DNA of 64,000 nucleotides from Nitrospirales bacterium (GCA_963555755.3 OY820905.2:2688001-2752000), one strand, 5' to 3'; shown: positions 9,985-20,963, numbered from the stretch's first letter. A program made the numbers and translations. Notes: a model not told the origin generated them from the sequence alone.

Positions 9985-10680
9985 TCATTCCGGTGGAACG
10001 CAATATTTCTTCCCCTTGGCCATACACAATCGATACGCAAACCGGTCAGCCCAAAACTTGAAAGATCTCTCTACGTCGTCCCAAGAGTTAAGAGAGCCTT
10101 CAAGCGTTTTTCCGCCTGCTCGCCGGTCGACTCCAGCCACTAATACTTCCCCAGTTTGACTATCGGTGACCTCGGCCTCAACGCTTGCGCTGCCAACGAA
10201 TGAGTTCGTCCCGAACGCTAGTTTTTTCGCTCCCGATAACAACCGCGCTTGAGGTAGGAGGGTGGTAATGGAATCCAAAAAGGGTTTCGATTGTTGCGCT
10301 TCCGTAATGGCGCTTCGTATTCGCATTACCCCAGGCCCTGGCTCCTTAACACGGCTGATTCTCTCATTTTTCAAGGCTTCGATCACGCGTACTTTGAGCA
10401 TTAGGGCTAACCGTTCCCGATCCTTTAACGGTACATCTTTTAGAGATTCATTTCCCATATCCCAAATCTTTACCGGGTCGATCATAAATTTGTCATACTT
10501 TCGCCAATCCACGTTTGGATTTCGATAAATCAAGGCTGCCTCGTCAGATCCTCCGGGTTTGAGCTTGGAATAATCTCCTAAAAATCCTCGGGTTTCCACC
10601 CCCCCAGCTTGCTGACTTGCAGCACAACCACTCAACACGAGCATCAACAACAAAAATGTCAGACCTGCATAGCGTTTCAT
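9985..10680 (-). CDS. DUF3313-like lipoprotein
   Basis: Lipobox LSGC; GFLGDYSKL and EAEVTDSQTGEVLVAGVDRR motifs. Confidence 0.8.
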   Translation of the reverse strand: MKRYAGLTFLLLMLVLSGCAASQQAGGVETRGFLGDYSKLKPGGSDEAALIYRNPNVDWRKYDKFMIDPVKIWDMGNESLKDVPLKDRERLALMLKVRVIEALKNERISRVKEPGPGVMRIRSAITEAQQSKPFLDSITTLLPQARLLSGAKKLAFGTNSFVGSASVEAEVTDSQTGEVLVAGVDRRAGGKTLEGSLNSWDDVERSFKFWADRFAYRLCMAKGKKYCVPPE

Positions 10681-10853
10681 GAGTACACGCTCCTTTTTGC
10701 GGTAGACGGACATCGAAAAATCCTGACCAATATTCCGATTCAAAAGAAAAATTCAGGTGTACCAGGGTGGCAAAGGTAGAGCGTGAAGATCAAGCCCCTT
10801 CACAAACGCCTTCGGAATTGGTGGACTTATAGTCTGGTTGCAACCAGAGATTG

Positions 10854-11776
10854 CTAAAAGCGAAAGGCTACCAGCAACGAAGGAGACAATACAAAGTTCG
10901 TGTAACGAAGTGTGCTAATGGTGGACTCATTCCGTGCGATGGTTCCTGTGAGATTCACCGTGACCCATTCTTGTGGTGTCCAATTAATGGCGGCTAACAG
11001 GCGGGCTCCATAGTCATGACGAGCTTCCAGCATGCTGGGTTCGAAGAAATCGTCGTAAGATTTGTAATCCACTTGCCCCTGAAAGAACACGACTATTGTT
11101 TGGGTTAAGGCGTGAACGAGGGTTCCTCCCCCAGCCAGGGCGGTGTTTGAAAAATCATCAGGATTAGCCCAGACACGAACCACGGAGAAGAAGGGATACA
11201 GCGCAGTTGTTTGGCTTAAGCCGACAGTCGTACTGATGTTCAATCCAAGATTATGAAGCGTGACCAAATGCGCATCGAAACTTCGATCGAAAATCGCACT
11301 GCCTTCGTAGCGTAGACTCATCACCCATCGATCAACTGGCCAACTCGCTCCAGCGCTCCCTGAAACACCACTAAAGTCGAGACCTTGGTTCCGATGATAG
11401 CGGGAAAGAAACCCGCTTCCACTCACAAACACATCCACGCGCTGAGCAATTCGAGTTTCTGCACGGACCAATAATGATTGGCACATAATCGTGTGTTTTC
11501 TGTTTGTCGCTGAGAAAGGCATTGTCAGTGAATTGATAGGAGGAATTGGAGTCGAGGGTGAACAGCTTGGGCCGGCGAAGCAACACGAGATCTTCCTCGC
11601 CAGTGAGAATTAATTCTTCTAGAGGAACAACAAGAATGGGACCCTCTTGAGCCTGTTGAGCCCGTTGCTCAATGGTTTGAGTTCCAAGTTCTTGCGCATG
11701 CGACTCAACTGAACAACCCATGCCCATCAAAGCGAGGAGGAGAGAAATGATCCAACGTCGTATGAAGTGTTGCGTC
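10854..11776 (-). pseudogene. Frameshifted outer-membrane beta-barrel protein gene
   Basis: Signal-bearing ORF 11371-11730 and amphipathic beta-strand ORF 10854-11522 ending in Phe lie in different frames (shift near 11480); 5' end abuts MITE F. Confidence 0.6.
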
Positions 11777-11915
11777 CTAGGAGCCTGTCCAAGATTAGAC
11801 TGATCTACTGCGGGTGTGCCGGAGGTGGCCAGATCTTCATCGTTTTCGGGGAATGTTGAAAAAGGCCGCCAGCCTTCGCCAAGGCTACGGCAGACAAGCC
11901 AGCCGCGTTCTCGGG
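11777..11915. mobile_element. Truncated MITE F with nested partial family E repeat
   Basis: CTAGGAGCCTGTCCAAGATTAG end matches the right end of 45770-46066; E end at 11850. Confidence 0.75.
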
Positions 11916-11929
11916 CTTGCGGGACAGCC

Positions 11930-12808
11930 TTATGGAGTAGCCCAATGATCTACCATAATCAGGAAGGCAAAATCCTGTCGAACAACAATCCAATCTGATG
12001 AGTCGAGTTGATCGATATTGTTGACAAAAAGCAGGGGGCTGATCAACCATTCTACGGTTTGTAAATCCCTGGTTCGTAAGGCATCAACAAACGCCTCCGC
12101 CACACCCCGCCTCAACCGTTCAACTTCTGGGTATTGCCGAATTAACTGCAATACCACAAGGTTCCCCAAATACTGGTGGCGCGCGGATGCTCCAGACCCG
12201 GGCTTGAAGGAAGAGGTCAGATTGAGATTCACATGTTCTAACAATCCCCAGAATTTTAGGCGTTCTTGGTTTTGCGCGACTTCCTCAAGATTGGCCTTCG
12301 TGTCAGGACTGAGTTCCACCGGGCTGGTGGCCAAAAAACTCCTGGCATCAAACACCACCACTTGAATATCCTCTTCGCCGAGTGGCCACGCCATAGCCTC
12401 ACCAGCTTCTGCCGTCTCGTCTTGCACCTGGATTTCCCCTACCAAGACCGCTGCAATCAAGACCGACGGTTTCGCTTGGAGCAGAAGCGTCGTGTGGGTC
12501 AAAGCGGTGAGAGACACATCGTAAAATGAAAGCCTTTGCCCTTTGGTCAACGTGGCGAGAATTGAGGATTCAGCGAGGGTCTCTTCCAATTCAATGAGCG
12601 TCACAGGCACATTGAGATCAGTCCTGTATAGTGTCAGGTACTGTGAATCTTGGCTCGTCGTGCTCCCTGAAGATTCACTCAATTGGGCAAGAGACATTTC
12701 TGGATGGGTAAAGACAAGAAATCCGAGGACAAGAATGATTTGAGTTCGAAGCGCTGGATTCACGCGTCTCCGATGGGGTGCTGATTCATCCCTGGCCTTC
12801 GTAGCCAC
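11930..12808 (-). CDS. Hypothetical exported protein (start uncertain, possibly 3'-truncated)
   Basis: Long ORF with signal-like segment; no motif recognised. Confidence 0.5.
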   Translation of the reverse strand: MATKARDESAPHRRRVNPALRTQIILVLGFLVFTHPEMSLAQLSESSGSTTSQDSQYLTLYRTDLNVPVTLIELEETLAESSILATLTKGQRLSFYDVSLTALTHTTLLLQAKPSVLIAAVLVGEIQVQDETAEAGEAMAWPLGEEDIQVVVFDARSFLATSPVELSPDTKANLEEVAQNQERLKFWGLLEHVNLNLTSSFKPGSGASARHQYLGNLVVLQLIRQYPEVERLRRGVAEAFVDALRTRDLQTVEWLISPLLFVNNIDQLDSSDWIVVRQDFAFLIMVDHWATP

Positions 12809-12935
12809 TTCGGCGGAGTAGGCTTGACCTGTAGCCCGAGAATGACGAGACGAAAGTTGAGGGACCGCAGCTTCTTTATCATGATCTGACTCAAACTGGC
12901 TTTTTCGGAAAGAACGAGTCTATCTTTCTATGGTC

Positions 12936-13655
12936 TTACTTCGCATCGTGAAAGATGATACCCAAGGCCCAACGCTGACCAGAGGTCACGGGACTGATGC
13001 CGTGCCGCATCGAAGCACGCAGCATACCTCGTTTACCCTGTACCGGACGATCAGACACCGGAAAGATAAGCAGATCGCCTCGATCTGGCTTGAGCACGAT
13101 TCCGCGAGCCTGTTGCCGGGGCCGATTTTCCACGAGAAGAAATTCGCCCCCTTCGAAATCTTTGCCTGGTTGACTCAGCATCACCATCACTTGCAGAGGG
13201 AACAACGTGGGGCCATAAATATCCCGATGCAAGCAATTAAATCCGCCTGCTTCGTAATGAAGCAGTAAAGGAGTTGGTTTCGTCTGCCCTTGACGTTGAC
13301 ATGCTTTTCGGAAGGCCGCATGGGTAGCAGGGTAGCGTTGTGACCGGTTCATCAACTCCATCATTCGATTGGCAATAGGAACGAGGTGAGGAAATAAATG
13401 AGTGCGTAAGTGAGCAACCACGGCGGGCAAAGGATTGGCAAAATACGAATATTCTCCTTGGCCAAAATTGTAGCGTGCCATGTCGATCCGGGATCGAAAA
13501 TAACGATCCTGATCATACAACTTGGCAAGGGACTGGCATTCGGAAGGTTGGACAAAATGGGGCTCATGCGCCCAGCCATTGGTGAACAGCGAGTGCGTGA
13601 TAGAAGTCCAGTCCAACGAGTGCGGATCGGGAAATGTTTTTCGGCTGGTGGCCAT
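12936..13655 (-). CDS. 2OG-Fe(II) oxygenase (DUF2086-like)
   Basis: NCLHRD HxD motif; GGEFLLVENRPRQQ; MRHGIS; LGIIFHDA. Confidence 0.88.
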   Translation of the reverse strand: MATSRKTFPDPHSLDWTSITHSLFTNGWAHEPHFVQPSECQSLAKLYDQDRYFRSRIDMARYNFGQGEYSYFANPLPAVVAHLRTHLFPHLVPIANRMMELMNRSQRYPATHAAFRKACQRQGQTKPTPLLLHYEAGGFNCLHRDIYGPTLFPLQVMVMLSQPGKDFEGGEFLLVENRPRQQARGIVLKPDRGDLLIFPVSDRPVQGKRGMLRASMRHGISPVTSGQRWALGIIFHDAK

Positions 13656-14014
13656 GGAGAGCTCCGCGCGTTCCTGATAGGGTTAAGGTGATTATCAGTT
13701 CAACGAGTAGTACCAAACAACCGAGATAGATGGTATTCTCGCGGGATGTTGAAAAAGCATGTCCTGAGTGTAGTCGCTCGTCGCTAGTAAAAAAATGAGC
13801 AACGACCAACTGTTTTTTCTTCACGCTTGCGTGCCGGGCCGACTCCGCCATAGTAGCCTCCTGGCTACAACGGCCGGGAGCGCTACAGCACGCAGGCACA
13901 ATCAACGAACAACCCCTTCCGAGCGACAAGTCCCGTGAATAATTTTTTCGTTAGAAAATCTAACACACCCATGGTCACCACCTGGTCATACGTTCTTTTG
14001 TTTCTCTCAATATC

Positions 14015-16828
14015 GTGAGCAAACCCTCTCGTCCCATATGGCGCAAGGTATTGTGGTGGTTGGGGATCGCGGTGTCCTTCAATCTTGCACTCTACATCCT
14101 TATTCCAAAAATCGCCTCCTTTATTGTGGAACGAAAATTTGAAACGTTCGGGCTTCGGAATGTCCACGTGGAGTTTGAATACCCGGGGTTACAACGAACC
14201 AGTATTCCCTTGATTGCTTTTCAAAAAGACATGGGATCGGAAACCGCTACCCTCACGATCCGAAATCTCACGCTGGAATATCACCTCCCCCAATTATTTG
14301 GAGGGTTTCTGAAGGCTGTCCGTCTTGAAGAATTGCACTTGGATATCACGGGCGTTCCATCCGAGCAACCCCAATCTATCACGAGTACGTCTGCTGTCAA
14401 CTCGGTGGGTGCGCCCTTACCCTTGTTGTCCCAATCCCTGCCGGACCTGCCATTCGGTCTCTTCTCCGTAACCAAAGCCACTATTTTTCGAGAGCAAGCC
14501 ACCGGGCCTCTCAGGCAAGTCACCATATCGAGTCTTCTTCGCAACGAACAGGGCACACTCGATGGGACCATCACCTTTCAGGGAGTCCGAGGGGACGCAT
14601 ATACCTTGCACGCTAAGATTAGTCCTCTCGGAGAGATGAAGATCGTGTTGGACTCCGGTACACATATCGCCGAGCCCCTCCTTGATGTGGAGTCCGTCAT
14701 GAAGGTGTCTCAGGATTCCGGCCTTCATTGGCAAGGGACCCTGACCGCAAATTTGAAACGCGCCACCCCGTTTTTAGCCTTACTGATGCCGCTTGGACCT
14801 GACCTTGAACGGGTTGATGGGATGGTGAAATTTCAATGGGATGGGTTTTCGCGTCAGATGGAGTCAGTGAAAAAGATGCTATATAACCCGTTCACTCAGC
14901 TTCACGTCGTGGTGGACGCTCATGTGGAACTCCCCGCCTGGGGAACAATGAGTGAAGACATTTCAATCAATGTCTCCGGGGAGGTGGAGGTGAATTCGAC
15001 TGAAATGAGAGTAGACCTCTCCCCGCCCTCTTTCATGAAGGCCCTTCTCAATCCTCACGAATTCCCTTTCCACGAGAACCTTCCCTTTCCTCATCTTAAT
15101 CAAGATCTTAATCAAGGAGAGCCAGTCCATATTCAATTGAACGACGTGGTTCGTAGTCGAATTTCTTTTGACCAAAAAGACCCGCAATGGAGTATTGAGG
15201 GCCCCATCCGAGTTCAATACGGGGAGGAGCGTTCGCCAATCGGGATGGATGTCACCTTCACCAATGCCTCCGGTCGATTGCTGGACCCGCTATCGACCCA
15301 TGCAAACGCCCAATTTGCCGTTTGGGGTTCATTGCCCCTCCTCGAACATCAACTGTTTCAGGTAAAAGATCTCCGCTGGATACTCAAAGGTCAGATGGGA
15401 TTGGAGAAGCAAGCGATCCAGGTCACTCTGGCCGAAGGCTCTTCGGTGAAAACCGGTTTGATTCAAATAGAACAGGGAAGGGCAGACCAAGTTGCATTTC
15501 ACATGAATCAGCCGGTTTCCTTGACCTATGACTGGCCCTTACAAAAATGGAACGTAGGAACCACCAGTGCGCAAATCGTGCTTCCCAAGATTCACTGGCG
15601 CGATCAATCCGTCTCTATTTCAAAGATAGGATTGCGCCTGGAAGAAGCGAGGGGCGAGGGACAAGATTGGCACACCAAAGGCACGGTGAAACTTCTTGGT
15701 GTGAGCACGACGATGGAGAATTTCTCTCCTCACACCACGAATCTGGCCATCGGGTTTGAGGCCAATTCTGAAGAAATTCAGGCAGGCATTGTCGCCGAAT
15801 CCACCGACAAAACCATCCGTGCAAAGGTGCGTATCGAACACCACCTCCACACAAACCAAGGAACGATTCAGGCAACATTGACACCAGAGGCCTTTTCGCC
15901 ATCAACGATGACCCTCAGCACCTTGATCCAACCATGGACGCATCCTTTTGATATCACCTCAGGCCAGCTTGGGATTTCGATTGCCTGTGTGTGGATGCCC
16001 ACGACTCCGAGTGAATCTTCTAGCATCGCCATCACACGAGGAGACGTGACCATCGCGCTCAAGAACATCGGCGGGTACTACGAGAACGTGCTCTTCGATA
16101 ATGTAAACTCTACAATTACTATCATTGCGAACAACCTCAACAACTTTGCCACGCTCCCCCCGGCAACCGTCTCGGTGGGAAGTGTGAAAGCCGGAGTTGA
16201 ACTTACCAACACCACATTCAAGGTGAATCTTGCACTCGGGGAAGGGGACGCCTTACCCACCGTGGATCTGGAAAATGTATCAGCCAACGTGTTTGGTGGG
16301 CAGATATCCAGCCCCCGCATCTACCTTGACTTGGCGAGACCGCCGGCACTCTTCACCGTGAAATTGAATGGCATTCAATTAGATCAACTCTTGCAACTCG
16401 AGCAACACAAAGGGCTGGATGGGACCGGAATTCTTGATGGGATCATCCCGATTACCCTGAATGCCACAACCGTCCAAGTGAAAGATGGAAAGCTCACGGC
16501 ACGGGCACCGGGAGGCGTGATTCGTTTTCAATCCCTTGATGACACCGCACACACCCTCATCCAAGCCAATCCGCAAATGAAAATTGTTTTGCAGTCTCTT
16601 AGGAATTTCCATTATGATGTATTACGAGTTGGGATACATTACCAGGAAGATGGCACGCTCAACTTGGCCACGCGGCTAGAGGGAAGAAACCCGGATCTCA
16701 AGCAGAGTCGCCCGGTTCACTTCAACTTGAATGTCAAGGAAAATATTCCGGCTCTGCTCAAAAGTTTGCAAGTCACGAAGGGCATTGAAGACAAGATTGA
16801 ACAACTCTTTCAAGGACCCTTGTTTTAA
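14015..16828 (+). CDS. ydbH: YdbH family (AsmA-like) intermembrane lipid-transport protein
   Basis: N-terminal TM, long beta-rich body, C-terminal LRNFHY..LEGRNP..PVHFNLNVKENIPALLKSL; followed by ynbE and ydbL. Confidence 0.85.
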   Translation: MSKPSRPIWRKVLWWLGIAVSFNLALYILIPKIASFIVERKFETFGLRNVHVEFEYPGLQRTSIPLIAFQKDMGSETATLTIRNLTLEYHLPQLFGGFLKAVRLEELHLDITGVPSEQPQSITSTSAVNSVGAPLPLLSQSLPDLPFGLFSVTKATIFREQATGPLRQVTISSLLRNEQGTLDGTITFQGVRGDAYTLHAKISPLGEMKIVLDSGTHIAEPLLDVESVMKVSQDSGLHWQGTLTANLKRATPFLALLMPLGPDLERVDGMVKFQWDGFSRQMESVKKMLYNPFTQLHVVVDAHVELPAWGTMSEDISINVSGEVEVNSTEMRVDLSPPSFMKALLNPHEFPFHENLPFPHLNQDLNQGEPVHIQLNDVVRSRISFDQKDPQWSIEGPIRVQYGEERSPIGMDVTFTNASGRLLDPLSTHANAQFAVWGSLPLLEHQLFQVKDLRWILKGQMGLEKQAIQVTLAEGSSVKTGLIQIEQGRADQVAFHMNQPVSLTYDWPLQKWNVGTTSAQIVLPKIHWRDQSVSISKIGLRLEEARGEGQDWHTKGTVKLLGVSTTMENFSPHTTNLAIGFEANSEEIQAGIVAESTDKTIRAKVRIEHHLHTNQGTIQATLTPEAFSPSTMTLSTLIQPWTHPFDITSGQLGISIACVWMPTTPSESSSIAITRGDVTIALKNIGGYYENVLFDNVNSTITIIANNLNNFATLPPATVSVGSVKAGVELTNTTFKVNLALGEGDALPTVDLENVSANVFGGQISSPRIYLDLARPPALFTVKLNGIQLDQLLQLEQHKGLDGTGILDGIIPITLNATTVQVKDGKLTARAPGGVIRFQSLDDTAHTLIQANPQMKIVLQSLRNFHYDVLRVGIHYQEDGTLNLATRLEGRNPDLKQSRPVHFNLNVKENIPALLKSLQVTKGIEDKIEQLFQGPLF

Positions 16829-16883
16829 CAGAGACAGTGAAACATTGGTTGGCCTTTCATTCGACACCTATCTCGATTCACGC

Positions 16884-17093
16884 ATGAACATCCAACGACA
16901 CATGCGATATACTCTGGGATTCGCTTTACTCGTGAGCGGTATCCTCGTATGGAGTTGTACCCCACGAATCGAAGTGGCTGCACCCGACAAACCTATCACG
17001 ATTAATTTGAACATCCAGATTGATCACGAAGTTCGGATCAAAGTTGAAAAAGACTTGGAGGATGTCTTTTCTGAAGACAGTAAGTTGTTCTAG
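16884..17093 (+). CDS. ynbE: YnbE family lipoprotein (start may be 16902)
   Basis: C-TPRIEVAAPDKPITINLNIQIDHEVRIKVEKD signature. Confidence 0.9.
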   Translation: MNIQRHMRYTLGFALLVSGILVWSCTPRIEVAAPDKPITINLNIQIDHEVRIKVEKDLEDVFSEDSKLF

Positions 17094-17118
17094 CCGCAAT
17101 GTATAATGGAGTGAATCA

Positions 17119-17481
17119 ATGCGTTCAACCGTCCATCGATGGACCATCCAATGTGTGATCGTCGTGCTCTCGCTGGTCATGGCCTGTTCCACCGCCTGGG
17201 CCCTTTCCCTCGGTGACGCCAAAGGCCGAGGCTTGGTGGGCGAACAGCTCAGTGGCTATCTTGGAGCCGTCTCAGGAAAGGCTTCCTCTGATGTGCAATC
17301 ACTCATCGACAACGTCAATCAACAACGCAAACAACGGTATCAACAGATTGCCAAGCGGAATAAGACCAACCTGAAAGCCGTCGAAATGCTCGCGGGCCAG
17401 ACGGCCATGAAAAAAACGAAACCCGGGCATTACATTCAACTGCCGTCAGGCCAATGGACGAAAAAGGAGGCAACCCGATAA
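17119..17481 (+). CDS. ydbL: YdbL (DUF1318) family protein
   Basis: AKGRGLVGEQLSGYLG..VNQQRKQRYQQIA..GQW. Confidence 0.88.
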   Translation: MRSTVHRWTIQCVIVVLSLVMACSTAWALSLGDAKGRGLVGEQLSGYLGAVSGKASSDVQSLIDNVNQQRKQRYQQIAKRNKTNLKAVEMLAGQTAMKKTKPGHYIQLPSGQWTKKEATR

Positions 17482-17610
17482 TACACGCTCCAACTTTTCC
17501 TCATTCAACCCTTCCATCTTTACATCTTCTATGGGCTTCTGACCTTTTCATCAAAAGAAAGAATTGCGCTTAAGGAAAAATGACATACAATCGGAGATAA
17601 CTCGACAGGG

Positions 17611-18849
17611 ATGAGGGCTAAGCCGTGTGGGCCTCTGTCCACCCTTGTCCAATCAATAACAGAAAGACACAGCCTCGTGGAATCATTTCAAGGATTCGGA
17701 AAAGAATTCTCCTCGGTGTGGGAGACCGGCGTGTTCGGAATCAGCGTGGGAGAAGTCGTCACCGCGCTCCTCATTGTCCTGGTGTTCATGGGGATTCGGC
17801 GATTGTTTTACCGTTTTGTGGTCACCACGCTGAGAGCCCTCACCCGTCGAACCAAAACTGACCTCGACGACCTGCTCCTTGATGCCATGGAAAAACCTCT
17901 CGAGCTGGCATTTGTTATTGTCGGGCTCTATGTCGGCGTACAAGTGTTGCCGCTCTCTGATGCCGTCGGGGATATCTTTGATAAGCTGATCCGTTCGCTC
18001 ATCGCACTGATGTTGTTCTGGGCGATCTTTCGATCCATCGATCCTTTGTCTTCACTCATGGATCGTGGCATCGAAATGATGGGCAGTGTGAGCATGCGGG
18101 ATACTATGAAAGGCTTCTTCGTGAAGTTGGGGAAGTTTATTGTCGTTGTCCTTGGCATCGCCGCCGTGTTTCAAGAATGGGGATTCAACGTTGCGGCCGT
18201 GCTCGGCAGCTTAGGATTAGTCGGGATGGCCGTGGCACTGGGGGCCAAAGACTTCATTGCCAATCTGTTCGCAGGGTTGACTATTTTTCTCGACCGCATG
18301 TTTGAGAAAGGCAATTGGATTCGCACCACTGATATAGACGGCATTGTCGAAGATATCGGATTTCGCGCCACAAAAATTCGTCGATTCGACAAAGCGTTGG
18401 TCACCATTCCCAATTCGCGGTTAGCCGGGGAAGCCCTCATTAATTTTTCCCGGATGACGAATCGACGGATTTATTGGACCATCGGGGTTGAATACCGCAC
18501 CACCAAAGACCAACTTCGGCTCATCATTCAAGACATCTTAGCGTACCTGAAAGAAAACCAAGATTTTGAAACCAATCCCGCTCTCACCAAAACCTTTGTC
18601 TTTGTTGATTCCTTCGGTGCATCCAGCATCGACATCATGGTGTATTGTTTCACCAAAACCACCGTATGGGGCGAATGGCTAGCATGCAAGGAACGCCTTG
18701 GATATAAAATCAAAGAGATTGTGGAAGGCCACGGTACCGCCTTTGCCTTCCCCTCGACATCGCTTTATGTGGAGTCTTTGCCATTCGGAACACCCGAACC
18801 CTTCCCAATTCCGGGACAGCAAACGCCAACATCCCCTCAGACGTCTTAA
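17611..18849 (+). CDS. MscS family mechanosensitive channel (start uncertain)
   Basis: GLVGMAVALGAKD..NLFAG; GIVEDIGFRATKIR; IPNS; FAFPS. Confidence 0.92.
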   Translation: MRAKPCGPLSTLVQSITERHSLVESFQGFGKEFSSVWETGVFGISVGEVVTALLIVLVFMGIRRLFYRFVVTTLRALTRRTKTDLDDLLLDAMEKPLELAFVIVGLYVGVQVLPLSDAVGDIFDKLIRSLIALMLFWAIFRSIDPLSSLMDRGIEMMGSVSMRDTMKGFFVKLGKFIVVVLGIAAVFQEWGFNVAAVLGSLGLVGMAVALGAKDFIANLFAGLTIFLDRMFEKGNWIRTTDIDGIVEDIGFRATKIRRFDKALVTIPNSRLAGEALINFSRMTNRRIYWTIGVEYRTTKDQLRLIIQDILAYLKENQDFETNPALTKTFVFVDSFGASSIDIMVYCFTKTTVWGEWLACKERLGYKIKEIVEGHGTAFAFPSTSLYVESLPFGTPEPFPIPGQQTPTSPQTS

Positions 18850-18987
18850 CGTTCACACGAACTTGTCCTTCCGAAACTCGTTTCTCCATAAGAATTTTGT
18901 AACCCGCCTGGGAATCCCACCCGAGACTTTGTACAATAAAATCGTTCGATCTCATTTATTTCTCATACACCCCTAAGGAGGCCCCTC

Positions 18988-19959
18988 ATGTCGGTCATGG
19001 AAATTGGAAAAGAAATTGTCCCCCTATGCCAACAAGGCAAAAATCTCGAAGCCATCGAAAAGTTCTACAGCTCGGACATTGTGAGTATCGAAGCCTTCGG
19101 CATGCCAGGGATGGAGCAAACCCAAAAAGGGATCGAAGCCATCAAAGGCAAAAACAAATGGTGGATGGACAATCATGAAGTCCACTCTGGAGAAGTCCGC
19201 GGACCCCATCCCCATGGCGATCGCTTCGCACTCTGGTTTAACCTAGAAACGGCAGTTGGGCGCAAAAAAGCCGTGCAAGATATTGGTGTGCATGGTGAAA
19301 TAAAAAAAGTCGTGGTCACCTTAGGGTTCGCGCAAGAATACCTTCCCCGGTTTGGGCGTCGATCCATCCTGTCTGGCGGCGTTGCTCGTCCTTTCCATAC
19401 GAGGAGTATGCGCAGTCCTCGCGCCTTGCCAGACAGGTGTCTCAGCACCCAAACCGGGGAAGGTATTCTTGCGCGAACCCTCCGTGGTGATGAGACAATT
19501 TTTTATTTTGCCAGGTGCGCTCAGGGTCCGTCACGAAATAACCGGGACAATTGGGAGGCCCAGATTTGTGATCGGGGCAAGGCGCGACGAGGGAGCCTAG
19601 CGGGGCTCTGTGACCGAGGAGCAACGCCGCCCCGGGCCAAAGATGGGCCTCCCCGGAGGGCCGGACGCTTTTGGGCTCCGCCGGCGTCGCTCATCGCTTC
19701 CATACTCCCGGTATGCGCGCGCTTCGCTCCTTGGCTCGCTCCAAAATCGTCTCGGCCAATTGTCCCGGTTATTTCGTGACGGACCCTGAGAGCTTGCGCG
19801 GACTCTTGTGATCCAACTGCCGTTTCTAGGTTTAAATACGAGGTAACTCTCAAACACACAGGCCAACGAATGACGTTAGAAGAAATCGGACTGTACACCG
19901 TGGCCAATGACAAGGTCATACAAGAGGAGTTTTTCTGTTCCATGCCGGGGCAGTGCTAA
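18988..19959 (+). pseudogene. SnoaL/NTF2-like protein gene interrupted by a composite MITE
   Basis: ...HGDRFALWF rejoins KYEVTLKHTGQRMTLEEIGLYTVANDKVIQEEFF in frame after removing 19241-19831 and one TTA. Confidence 0.85.
19241..19831. mobile_element. MITE family D carrying nested MITE C (19324-19480) and MITE B (19524-19786)
   Basis: TIR ACCTAGAAACGGCAGTTGG; TTA target duplication at 19238-19240 and 19832-19834. Confidence 0.9.
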
Positions 19960-20210
19960 GCATACGTCATGTACCGAAGAAGGATTTTTGTACAACCACC
20001 TTATGGGGGAGGCCAGGCCTTCCCCACGCCCCTTTCTTCACCTCTCAATCGCCGCAACACCCATCGAAACACACCAAAAGGCTGACGGCGCCGTGACGGT
20101 AAAAAGCTAGGAGTCTGTCCAAGATTAGGCGGCTCTAGGCTAACTCTAAAGATACAGGAAACGAAGGAAGGCTCTTAGGGAGAAATCAGGGAAAGGTATT
20201 CAAATATCTA

Positions 20211-20960
20211 TTACTGCCCGATATACCAGCCGATTCCATTTCGTTCGAGAAAGCTGGTGAGGCGCGTGAGGGAGTCGCCGTAGATCAACACGCCGGCGAA
20301 AATCAAAAAGGCTCCGCCTACTACTGACACTCCACGAAGATACAGACGAGCCTTTTTAAAATAGTTCAAAAAGCTATCCACGCTAAAAGCCGTGAGGAAG
20401 AGCGGGAGCCCAAGGCCAACCGAATACGATGCCAACAGCATCACGCCATCCTGCATCGATTCCGTTGTACTGGCATACGCCAAGATGGCGCCCAGGATGG
20501 GACCCACACAGGGGGTCCAGGCCGCGGCAAAGGCGGTGCCAATCAGATACGATCCTACATACCCTGCCGGACGCTTGTTAAATTCAACGAGTCGGTACTC
20601 GTTCATTAAAAATTTCATTTTCAGGAGGCCTATCATGTACAGGCCAAAAATGATGATTAAGACCGCGCCAAGCTTGCGAATGATATCTTGGTACTCGTAC
20701 ATGACTTGCCCAATAAAACTCGCTGACGCGCCAAATGCGATAAAGACCGTGGAAAACCCGGCGATAAACAGCAACGAATTCACGAGAATGGTTTTTCGGA
20801 ATCGCTGACGCTCCGCAGCATCCGTCAATTGTTCAAGAGACAGTCCAGTGATGTAGGACACGTAGGACGGGACCAGCGGCAACACGCAGGGCGAGATAAA
20901 GGACAACAGGCCCGCGCTAAACGCCGCAAACAGAGACACGTGCATGAGTGAATCGATCAT
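20211..20960 (-). CDS. ccdA: Cytochrome c biogenesis protein CcdA
   Basis: AGLLSFISPCVLPLVPSY and WTPCVGPILG redox Cys motifs. Confidence 0.93.
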   Translation of the reverse strand: MIDSLMHVSLFAAFSAGLLSFISPCVLPLVPSYVSYITGLSLEQLTDAAERQRFRKTILVNSLLFIAGFSTVFIAFGASASFIGQVMYEYQDIIRKLGAVLIIIFGLYMIGLLKMKFLMNEYRLVEFNKRPAGYVGSYLIGTAFAAAWTPCVGPILGAILAYASTTESMQDGVMLLASYSVGLGLPLFLTAFSVDSFLNYFKKARLYLRGVSVVGGAFLIFAGVLIYGDSLTRLTSFLERNGIGWYIGQ

Positions 20961-20963
20961 GGG

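Noticed and set aside
12880..12900. Distal end of MITE F enclosing the 11930-12808 gene as cargo
   Set aside because: Only a 13-bp match (ATCTGACTCAAAC) and no terminal repeat or CTAG flank
13564..13960. Small ORFs upstream of the 2OG-Fe(II) oxygenase
   Set aside because: No recognisable motif, and the region includes a family E end fragment near 13743
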